Positions 1 to 6,853 of a DNA stretch of 13,823 bases are shown here, piece by piece; positions within the stretch are counted from its first letter, which is position 1; each line of letters begins with the position of its first letter. Made by a program: the position numbers and the translations under genes. The notes beneath the pieces were generated by a model. It had not been told where the DNA came from, ran no database searches, and was given only the letters and a program-made list of their open reading frames with translations. Source of the stretch: Vulcanimicrobiaceae bacterium (lineage in GTDB: Bacteria > Vulcanimicrobiota > Vulcanimicrobiia > Vulcanimicrobiales > Vulcanimicrobiaceae); contig JBHEMM010000008.1 in assembly GCA_046262595.1 (NCBI GenBank), forward strand, positions 43,438 to 57,260. The letters are read 5' to 3'.

Positions 1-1314
1 TTCGCCGCGCCCGCCGCTGCACAGTACTCCAACGAGTATTATCCGCCCAAGCTTGCGCACCAGGGCAAGACCGCGAAGCCGATCGCCGGTACCGGCAAAG
101 TGATCGTGCAGGTTCAGGTCAACGCCAACGGCTCGCATAAAGTGATCCGCGTGATCAAGTCGACGAACTCCGCCGACAACGCCGCGGCGCTCGACATTGC
201 GGGCAACTCTTCATACAAGCCCGCAACGCGCGGCAGCAAATCGGTGACGGCGTACTACGATTTTACGCTGAAGTTTACGGGGCGCACCGTCGCGAGCGCG
301 AACGCCGGGGGCGGTACGAGCAATTTTAAGGGCGTCGCCGGGCAAATCGATGGGATGATCCGTAAAGCGAATTACGCGGGTGCGAAAGCGCGCGCGCAAA
401 CGGCGCTTCAGTCGAACCCCGACGACCCGACGTTGAATTCCGAGCTCGGCGCTGCGAATTATTTCATGAACGATCTCCCCGCCGCGGCGGCCGCTTTTTC
501 CAAAGTGAGCAGCCTGAATCCAGAGTTCAAGCAGGTCGCCGCGAACGCGTACATGCAGGCGGCGACGAAGCTCGTTTCGTCCAATGCCTCACTGGCGCTC
601 GCCTACGCGCAGCGCGCGGTCGCGCTTTCTCCCGGCGGCGGCAGCTACTACGCTCTTGGCTCGGCCGAACTCGCTTCCGGTAATGCGGCACAAGCTGCTA
701 CCGATCTGAAGCGCGCGCGTGACGCCGTGTTCGGCGATCCGAAAGCGGATGTGAAATCGCGCGTCAACGTGGACGCGCAACTGTATGCCGCATACAATCA
801 AGCCGGCGAGACGGCGCAAGCAGCCGCGACCATGGACGAAGTCAAGAAGCTCGATCCGAACAATCCGGCGCTGAGCACGATTCAGGCCAACACGTACATC
901 GCTCAGGGTCAGGCGCTGCAAAAAGCGGGCAAATTCGACGAGGCCATCGCGGCGTTCTTGCAGGCGGCGGCGGTAAACAATCCCGCCGCGCAGGTCACAG
1001 GCAACCTTTCCGCGGCGTTTGCCTTGAGCTCGAAGCTCAGTCAAAAGGATGCAAAACCGACCGTTGCCGACTATAAAACGATGCAGGGCTACGCCGACAA
1101 AGCGCTCGCGCTGCGGCCCAGCGATCCGCAGGCAAACTTTGCCGAGGGCATCGCTTTGGCAGGCCAGTACTTGGTCGGCGGAAAGAGCGACGCATCGCTT
1201 AAAACCAGAGCGATGGCTGCGCTCAATAAGGCCAAATCGCAGGCGCAGTCCGCGGGCAATATGTCGCTGTCCATCGCCGTCGATAATTTCATCAAGCAGT
1301 CGCTGCCGCAATAA
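1..1314 (+). CDS. Exported protein with N-terminal TonB C-terminal-like domain and TPR repeats (5' end outside window)
   Basis: Frame is open from base 1 (FAAPAAA|QYSNEYYPPK..., resembling a signal-peptide cleavage site), so the track start at 100 is probably internal. GTGKVIVQVQVNANG...KSTNSADNAAALDIA...YKPATRG...YDFTLKF fits the TonB_C pattern. It is followed by Ala-rich TPR-like helices (ELGAANYF, YYALGSAEL, AGKFDEAIAAF). Confidence 0.8.
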   Translation, partial: FAAPAAAQYSNEYYPPKLAHQGKTAKPIAGTGKVIVQVQVNANGSHKVIRVIKSTNSADNAAALDIAGNSSYKPATRGSKSVTAYYDFTLKFTGRTVASANAGGGTSNFKGVAGQIDGMIRKANYAGAKARAQTALQSNPDDPTLNSELGAANYFMNDLPAAAAAFSKVSSLNPEFKQVAANAYMQAATKLVSSNASLALAYAQRAVALSPGGGSYYALGSAELASGNAAQAATDLKRARDAVFGDPKADVKSRVNVDAQLYAAYNQAGETAQAAATMDEVKKLDPNNPALSTIQANTYIAQGQALQKAGKFDEAIAAFLQAAAVNNPAAQVTGNLSAAFALSSKLSQKDAKPTVADYKTMQGYADKALALRPSDPQANFAEGIALAGQYLVGGKSDASLKTRAMAALNKAKSQAQSAGNMSLSIAVDNFIKQSLPQ

Positions 1315-1370
1315 GAGTGCCGGACGGCTCGTTACAAGGACTCTACGCAGAGGTGGACTAACCCGCCTCC

Positions 1371-1409
1371 ACGTACGGGGGGGTCGCCCCCGTCCGTTGT
1401 TTCTGTCTT
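1371..1409 (+). terminator. Possible intrinsic terminator/attenuator hairpin upstream of exbB
   Basis: ACGGGGG(1375-1381)-GGTCG-CCCCCGT(1387-1393), extendable by ACG/CGT, followed by the imperfect T-rich tail TGTTTCTGTCTT. Confidence 0.4.
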
Positions 1410-1452
1410 AGCGCACAATACGTTCCCGTAAAAATCGGAGGGGTCGAAAATA

Positions 1453-2112
1453 GTGTTTGGTGGTTTTATCTCATTCATGCAGGCGGGCGGCTGGGACATG
1501 TGGCTCCTCCTGCTCCTCTCGGTGGCCGGCCTTGCCGTCGTCATCGAACGGCTGATCTTTTTCTCGACGCAGCACGGCGATACCAAAGGCTTGCTGCGCG
1601 CTATCGGTCAGAAGATTGCGGCGAACGACATCGACGGTGCCGTCAAGGTCTGCCGCGGACAAAAGGGCATGCTGCCGCGCATTCTGGAGTTCGGGCTTCT
1701 TCGCGGTGAAAAGAACCGCGCGGACATCACGGACGCCCTCTCGATTGCGCTCATGGAGCACTTGAACGCGCTCGAGCGCTATCTGGGCATCATCGGCACG
1801 ATTGCCGTTATTGCGCCGTTCGTCGGCTTGTTCGGTACGGTGCTCGGCATCATCAAGGCCTTCAACGACATCGCGCTCAAGGGAAACTCCACGCCTGCGG
1901 TCGTCGCAGCAGGCGTGTCCGAAGCGCTCATCACTACCGCCACGGGTCTTATCATCGCGGTTATCGCCGTCGTGTTCTTCAACTATTTCAAGACGCGCAT
2001 CAAGGCGTACAACCAAGAGATGATCGTTGCAGCGAACCAGATGGCCGAGATGCTGCACTTCCACAATACGGGTTCGCCGATCCCCACCGACCTGTACCAA
2101 CCGGTCAAGTAA
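1453..2112 (+). CDS. exbB: MotA/TolQ/ExbB proton channel family protein
   Basis: Motifs LGIIGTIAVIAPFVGLFGTVLGIIKAF and VAAGVSEALITTATGLIIAV; N-terminal TM helix ending in IER; GGAGG upstream of the GTG start. exbB versus tolQ cannot be resolved strictly. Confidence 0.92.
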   Translation: MFGGFISFMQAGGWDMWLLLLLSVAGLAVVIERLIFFSTQHGDTKGLLRAIGQKIAANDIDGAVKVCRGQKGMLPRILEFGLLRGEKNRADITDALSIALMEHLNALERYLGIIGTIAVIAPFVGLFGTVLGIIKAFNDIALKGNSTPAVVAAGVSEALITTATGLIIAVIAVVFFNYFKTRIKAYNQEMIVAANQMAEMLHFHNTGSPIPTDLYQPVK

Positions 2113-2126
2113 GGAAGTAGGACCCG

Positions 2127-2537
2127 GTGAGTCTTCTTTCGGCGAAACAAGACGAAGAGGTGATGGCGGAGATCAACATCACGCCGTTCACCGACGTCTT
2201 GCTGGTGCTGCTCATCATCTTCATGATCTTAGCCGCGCTCGTTACGCCGCCCGGTTTCGAAAAAGAGCTGCCGAACAATAACAATTCGCAGCCGCAGAAT
2301 CAGAAGAAACACGACGACATCGAGATCGACGTCAACAATAAAGGCGTCATCTACGTGGATGGACAGAAAACCGATACGTCCGGCATCTACGGCGTCATGA
2401 TCACCGAACGTTCGAAAAAGGGCAACAAGCACGTCTCGATCGTCGCCGACGCCAAGGCGCCTTACGGCACCATCATCCGCATCCTCGATGCCGCGAAAGT
2501 CGCGGGCTTGGAAGACGTCGGCTTCGTTACGTCATAA
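2127..2537 (+). CDS. exbD: Biopolymer transport protein ExbD/TolR (copy 1)
   Basis: EINITPFTDVLLVLLIIFMI with the conserved membrane Asp; C-terminal ADAKAPYGTIIRILDAAKVAG. Confidence 0.92.
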   Translation: MSLLSAKQDEEVMAEINITPFTDVLLVLLIIFMILAALVTPPGFEKELPNNNNSQPQNQKKHDDIEIDVNNKGVIYVDGQKTDTSGIYGVMITERSKKGNKHVSIVADAKAPYGTIIRILDAAKVAGLEDVGFVTS

Positions 2538-2558
2538 GTGGAGGTTTTAATTTAATCC

Positions 2559-2972
2559 GTGGCCGTTTCAACTGGTCAAGGCGAAGAAGAAGTCATGTCG
2601 ACCATCAACATCACGCCGTTCACGGACGTGTTGCTGGTCCTGCTGATCATCTTCATCATTCTCGCTTCGGTTACTAAAGAGCCCCCGCTTCCGCTTGCGA
2701 AGAACAAAGACAAAGTCGTGGCTTCGCAGATCGTCGTGATGATCAACGACAAGAACGAAGTGTTGATCGGCGGTAACCCGACGCCGCTCGGGGACGCGAA
2801 ATCCGCGTTTGGAACGCTGCAAGAAAACACGGGTCACAAGTTCAAGAGCGTGATCATCAAGGCGGATCCGAAAGCGAACTACGGCACGATCCTGCAAGTC
2901 ATGGACGCCGCCAAGTCCAACGACCTCACGGAGTTTGGTCTGGCGAACAAGGTCGAGGGAAGCAAAACCTAA
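2559..2972 (+). CDS. exbD: Biopolymer transport protein ExbD/TolR (copy 2)
   Basis: TINITPFTDVLLVLLIIFII; KADPKANYGTILQVMDAAK; GGAGG upstream. Confidence 0.92.
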   Translation: MAVSTGQGEEEVMSTINITPFTDVLLVLLIIFIILASVTKEPPLPLAKNKDKVVASQIVVMINDKNEVLIGGNPTPLGDAKSAFGTLQENTGHKFKSVIIKADPKANYGTILQVMDAAKSNDLTEFGLANKVEGSKT

Positions 2973-2975
2973 ACG

Positions 2976-3719
2976 ATGCCTAACGCAGACAAATCCCCGT
3001 TCATCACCTCGGGCCACCGGTTCCGTAATTTTCTGGGCTGGGCGTTTCTTATCTCGCTTGCCGTGCACTTCGTTGCCGCGCCGTTCTTGAAGAACCTTAC
3101 GCAGCACTCGGAAGAACAGCAAGTCGAGAAAGTTTCGGTCACCAAGCGGATTATCGTGAAACCGCCGACGCCGCCGCCGCCCACGCCCACGCCGCCGCCG
3201 CCGAAGACGACGCCGCCGCCGAAGCAGCAGCAGCAGCAGCCGCAGCCGCAGCTCAAAGTGCAGCCGCCGAAGACGCAAAGCAACAATGCGTCGACGACGA
3301 GCACCGAGAGTAAGTACGTCGCGCCCAAGAGCGGCTCCGAGAACGGTGCTCCCGCGGGTCACGGAACCGCGCCGCCCGCTCCGGTCGCGAGCGTGGGTCC
3401 GCCGGCCAGTACGCCGACGCCCAAGCCGGCTTGCAAAACGCCGTATCAGGAGGCGACCGCCACGCAAACCGTCGCGCCCGAATATCCCGACTCGGCGCGC
3501 GAGCAGGGATTGGGACGCGTTGAAGTCGCCGTCGTCGTGACGGTGGGGGCATCCGGCTCACCCTCGAGTCCGACCATTCAAACGTCCTCGGGGAACATGG
3601 CGATGGATCAGGCTGCGAAGCAGGCAGCGATGCAATCGCAGTACGTCCCCAAAATCGTAAATTGCACACCCGTAGCGGAAAGCTACATCTTTCGCGTGAC
3701 GTTCGACCCCAACCAATAG
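2976..3719 (+). CDS. tonB: TonB-family energy transducer (copy 1)
   Basis: N-terminal TM with S-x3-H (ISLAVHF); Pro/Gln-rich spacer; C-terminal domain PEYPDSAREQGLGRVEVAVVVTVG...SSGNMAMDQAAKQAA...YIFRVTF. Confidence 0.85.
   Translation: MPNADKSPFITSGHRFRNFLGWAFLISLAVHFVAAPFLKNLTQHSEEQQVEKVSVTKRIIVKPPTPPPPTPTPPPPKTTPPPKQQQQQPQPQLKVQPPKTQSNNASTTSTESKYVAPKSGSENGAPAGHGTAPPAPVASVGPPASTPTPKPACKTPYQEATATQTVAPEYPDSAREQGLGRVEVAVVVTVGASGSPSSPTIQTSSGNMAMDQAAKQAAMQSQYVPKIVNCTPVAESYIFRVTFDPNQ
3162..3251 (+). repeat. In-frame low-complexity (CCG/ACG)n and (CAG)n triplet tracts encoding the TonB Pro/Gln spacer
   Basis: ccgccgacgccgccgccgcccacg... and cagcagcagcagcagccgcagccgcag encode PPTPPPPTPTPPPPKTTPPPKQQQQQPQPQ. 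Confidence 0.85.
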
Positions 3720-3739
3720 ACGCGGCTCGTGCCCTAAGC

Positions 3740-3775
3740 GGCAAAACGCTCACGAGAGGGGGCGTTTTGTCTTTG
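3740..3775 (+). terminator. Rho-independent terminator-like hairpin after the first tonB
   Basis: GGCAAAACGCTC (3740-3751) pairs with GGGCGTTTTGTC (3760-3771), 12 bp including G-U pairs, followed by TTTG. Confidence 0.65.
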
Positions 3776-3792
3776 TGTGAAGGCGCCCGGCA

Positions 3793-4431
3793 ATGAATCC
3801 GAAGCGCACGCGAAACGTGTTCCTCTGGGCGATCGCGCTCTCAATTCTCGTGCACTTCCTATTCGCGGGCTACATCCGGTGGCCGGTGACGATGCGTTCG
3901 TTCGAAGAGACGCGCATCGCGCGAATCCACATAACAACGATCGCGAGAGTGGTCCCGCACACGCCGCCGCCGCCGGCACCAGCGGCGAAGTCGAGCATCG
4001 CTCCGCCGAGCCTTGCCGCAAGAGGGCGCGGCCCGAAAGCCGCGATGCATAATGCGATCGGGCCCCTGCGCCTGCATACGCCGGCGCCCTCGCACACACC
4101 CACCCCGCTGCCGACGCCCGCATCGAGGCCCTCACTGGGCCCGTGCGGCGGCCATCAAAACACCGAACCCTCCGTGCAGGCCACGCCGGACGCGGTCGAC
4201 ATACCGCCCGACGCCCGCGCCAGCAAAGTCAGCGGCACGGCCCAGATTAGCGTTTCGCTCGATCCGCAAGGCCGCGTGACGGATACCGCGCTCGCGCAGT
4301 CCTCCGGCAACGCCGGTCTGGATACAGTTGCGGACCGTCTTGCCCGCGCGACGACCTACTCGCCCAAATACGTCAACTGCCGAGCCGTGGCCGGCCAGTT
4401 CGTCTTCAGCGTGAACTTTTCTGCGCTGTAG
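3793..4431 (+). CDS. tonB: TonB-family energy transducer (copy 2)
   Basis: TM with S-x3-H (LSILVHF); Pro-rich linker; TonB_C pattern IPPDARASKVSGTAQISVSLDPQGRV...SSGNAGLD...FVFSVNF. Confidence 0.82.
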   Translation: MNPKRTRNVFLWAIALSILVHFLFAGYIRWPVTMRSFEETRIARIHITTIARVVPHTPPPPAPAAKSSIAPPSLAARGRGPKAAMHNAIGPLRLHTPAPSHTPTPLPTPASRPSLGPCGGHQNTEPSVQATPDAVDIPPDARASKVSGTAQISVSLDPQGRVTDTALAQSSGNAGLDTVADRLARATTYSPKYVNCRAVAGQFVFSVNFSAL

Positions 4432-4459
4432 TTTGTCAGGTGCCGAAAAAAGAGGCGGT

Positions 4460-4837
4460 CTAAAGAACGCCCATGTCGCGAAGCAGGCGCAGGGTGTCGA
4501 TGTAGCGGGTGAGGTCTTTTTCGGTGGATTCGTCGACATCCGAGAACGCGACGCCGGTGCGGTAGCGTTGCAGCATGCCGTCGAAGCGCGACCAGCGGAC
4601 CATGCCTTTGAGGCGGATCATCGGGCGCGTGTCGCCGCGTAATTCGAGCTGCACCGTGATAGGCGCGTCTTTGAGGAGCTCGGCATTGGTGATCATCGCC
4701 ATACCGCCCGGCGCGATATCGTACGTCTCCGTGAATTCCGGCGCGAACTCATCACCGATGCTGTATGAGACCAGCAGCGTGTCGCCAACCCGCTCGAACT
4801 CGCGGTGATGACCAAACTGCACCTCTTCTGAGCCCAC
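4460..4837 (-). CDS. Stand-alone PilZ-domain protein (putative c-di-GMP receptor)
   Basis: RxxxR (REFER), a D/NxSxxG variant (TYDIAPGGM), and beta-barrel features LKGMVRW and RTGVAFSDV. The start codon is uncertain. Confidence 0.8.
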   Translation of the reverse strand: MGSEEVQFGHHREFERVGDTLLVSYSIGDEFAPEFTETYDIAPGGMAMITNAELLKDAPITVQLELRGDTRPMIRLKGMVRWSRFDGMLQRYRTGVAFSDVDESTEKDLTRYIDTLRLLRDMGVL

Positions 4838-4894
4838 AGCATCGGCTTAGGCCGTCTCCAGGAGCAATCCTTCCCGCGACGTATCTTCGGCAGC

Positions 4895-5755
4895 GTGTCT
4901 TTTGCCCAAGCTCTTGCGCTCGCGGTCTTGCAAGGCGTCACCGAGCTGTTTCCGGTCAGCAGCCTCGGCCAAACGATTCTCATTCCGGCGCTGCTGCACT
5001 GGGACAACATCAACCGTTCCGACCCGCGCTTTCTGGCGTTTGTCGTCGTGTTGCACCTTGGGACGGCGCTTGCGTTGCTGCTCTTCTATTGGAGAACGTG
5101 GGCGAAGATTGCGCGCGCGCTCGTTGCGAGCGTGATCCGCGGCAAGCTCGGAGCCGATCCCGATGAAAAGCTTGGCTGGCTGCTGGTGGTTGCGACCGTT
5201 CCCGTGGGGCTGCTCGGTGTGCTGCTCAAAGACCCGGTACGCACGTTATTCGGAAGCGCCCGTTTGGCCGCGCTCTTCTTGATGCTCAACGCAGCGGTCA
5301 TGTTTTTCGGCGAGTATCTGCGCCGCCGGCAAAAGCACCAGTTCCACCGGGCGGACAAACGCGTGGAAACGCTCACATGGCTGCAGAGCGCCGGCATCGG
5401 CTTCGGCCAAGCGCTTGCGCTTTTCCCCGGCATCTCGCGTTCGGGCGTCTCCATGGTGGCCGGTCTCCTTGCGGACCTCAACCACGAAGATGCAGCGAAT
5501 TTTTCGTTCTTGCTCGCAACGCCCGTTATTCTGGCGGCGGGTTTGTTGGAAGTCCCCGAGCTGCTCGTGCCTGGAGCGAACGTCGCGCTCGCGCAAGCGT
5601 TGGCCGGCGGCGTCGTCGCGGGCATTGCAGCGTACGCTTCCGTCGCGTTCTTAGTCCGTTATTTTAGAAACAACGATCTGCGTCCGTTCGGATGGTACTG
5701 CCTGGTGTTCGGGGCGTTATGCTTTCTTTTAGCTACCAGAGGAGTTATTCATTGA
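4895..5755 (+). CDS. uppP: Undecaprenyl-diphosphate phosphatase (BacA family)
   Basis: QGVTELFPVSS, VVLHLGTALALL and ALFPGISRSG motifs; AANFSFLLATPVI; multi-TM. Confidence 0.93.
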   Translation: MSFAQALALAVLQGVTELFPVSSLGQTILIPALLHWDNINRSDPRFLAFVVVLHLGTALALLLFYWRTWAKIARALVASVIRGKLGADPDEKLGWLLVVATVPVGLLGVLLKDPVRTLFGSARLAALFLMLNAAVMFFGEYLRRRQKHQFHRADKRVETLTWLQSAGIGFGQALALFPGISRSGVSMVAGLLADLNHEDAANFSFLLATPVILAAGLLEVPELLVPGANVALAQALAGGVVAGIAAYASVAFLVRYFRNNDLRPFGWYCLVFGALCFLLATRGVIH

Positions 5756-5955
5756 AGATACTTGCGGCGGTTTTAGGCATCGTGTTCATCGTGCTCGCGA
5801 TTCTGGCATGGAGCGGCATCGCTCATTTCTTACCGGCGTTAGGTCTCGACGGCAGACATCACACCAAACACGGCATCGTGTACCTCGTGCTCGCCGTCCT
5901 GTGCTTTGTGTGGGCGCGCATGTCCAGCGATACGGCGGTTACTTCGTCCCGATAA
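5752..5955 (+). CDS. Small two-TM membrane protein (67 aa) with a His-rich loop
   Basis: TTG start at 5752 overlaps the uppP stop (TTGA), with AGGAG at 5740-5744. MKILAAVLGIVFIVLAILAW...GRHHTKHG IVYLVLAVLCFVW gives two hydrophobic helices. The track start at 5692 is likely too early. Confidence 0.75.
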   Translation: MKILAAVLGIVFIVLAILAWSGIAHFLPALGLDGRHHTKHGIVYLVLAVLCFVWARMSSDTAVTSSR

Positions 5956-6853
5956 GGTACACTTCGTTCGGGTGCGGCGCGTAGATTTCGACGTTCGCGC
6001 GCGCATTGCGCACGTGCGGTTCGAATTCGCGCAAGCGCTGCTCGGTGGTCTGAACGATGACCACCGGGTAGCCTTGCGCGTTGGAGAGTACGCTCGCAAT
6101 CGCGCGCGCGTAGCCGTGTTCGTCGCTGCTGCGCGCACCGAATAACGAATCGCGGTACGCGTACTCGATGTTGTAATAGGGATTGCCCTGCCACCACGCT
6201 TCCCACATCCAAATGCGCGCATCGGCACTGCGGAACGAGTTGCGCGCCGGCGGACAAAGAAACAAGGCGTCCGCCTGCTGCGCCGCGATCGTCTGCAGCA
6301 CGTCGGATTGGCGCACGGTGTTGCGCCGGAGATTGCTGCCCACCCATTGATCGGTTTTGCGGATGTAATGCCAAGCCAGCTCGCTCGGCGGAACGTCCTG
6401 CATGTCGTCCGGATAGTGGGCTTTTTGCAGCCAATAGCAGAGGACGTTCCACAAACCGGCGATCGCGAGACCCGTTTGCCCGTCGCTGCGAAGGTTGTGC
6501 ACGTTGTCATGCCAAACGCCCAGATAAATGCACTGTTCTTCCGAGAAGAAGACGCCTTCCCACGCCTTGAACATGTCGACCGAATAAATCCGGCCGGGCA
6601 GCATCTCAACGATCTCGGCAACTTCGTTATCGCGCAGGATCGTGAAATCGTTTACCACCAGGCCTTCGCCCGCACGCACGAACCATTCCACCAAATCGCC
6701 GCCATGCACGGCGATGCCTTGGCGCTTGAAATAGTTCAGATGCGTGGGCAGCCCCATGAACGGATCGACGACGCTCGTGCAGTCGAACCGGCGCAAGATC
6801 TCTTCAATGCGCGAAGCGCAGATGCGGCGCGTGCGTTCGTGCAGTTCGATCAC
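5939..6853 (-). CDS. Dam/D12-class N6-adenine DNA methyltransferase homologue, probably catalytically altered or inactive
   Basis: Alpha-class motif order: SVVDPFMGLP...FKRQGIAVHGGD (motif I/II-like), and later D...ADALFLCPPA at the (D/N)PPY position. Confidence 0.62.
   Translation of the reverse strand: MIELHERTRRICASRIEEILRRFDCTSVVDPFMGLPTHLNYFKRQGIAVHGGDLVEWFVRAGEGLVVNDFTILRDNEVAEIVEMLPGRIYSVDMFKAWEGVFFSEEQCIYLGVWHDNVHNLRSDGQTGLAIAGLWNVLCYWLQKAHYPDDMQDVPPSELAWHYIRKTDQWVGSNLRRNTVRQSDVLQTIAAQQADALFLCPPARNSFRSADARIWMWEAWWQGNPYYNIEYAYRDSLFGARSSDEHGYARAIASVLSNAQGYPVVIVQTTEQRLREFEPHVRNARANVEIYAPHPNEVYLIGTK

Noticed and set aside
1330..1372. c-di-GMP-I riboswitch (ACGCAGAG...GGACTAA loosely resembles part of the consensus)
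   Set aside because: The GGCAAAC/GNRA-capped P2 stem is not evident; it cannot be supported without an Rfam search.
3162..3251. Phase-variable repeat or CRISPR-like array
   Set aside because: These are triplet repeats that preserve frame and encode the normal TonB spacer; there is no repeat-spacer structure.
589..3467. Long minus-strand ORFs 589..1311, 1471..2100 and 2568..3467
   Set aside because: They are antisense shadows of well-supported genes; the Arg/Leu runs merely mirror the Pro/Gln triplet tracts.
4445..4472. Minus-strand terminator overlapping the PilZ stop (GGCG...CGCC then TCTTTTTT)
   Set aside because: The stem is short and interrupted; plausible but too weak to call.
5939..6853. 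Functional restriction-modification or defence island
   Set aside because: There is no nuclease, specificity subunit or mobility gene nearby, and the catalytic motif is altered.
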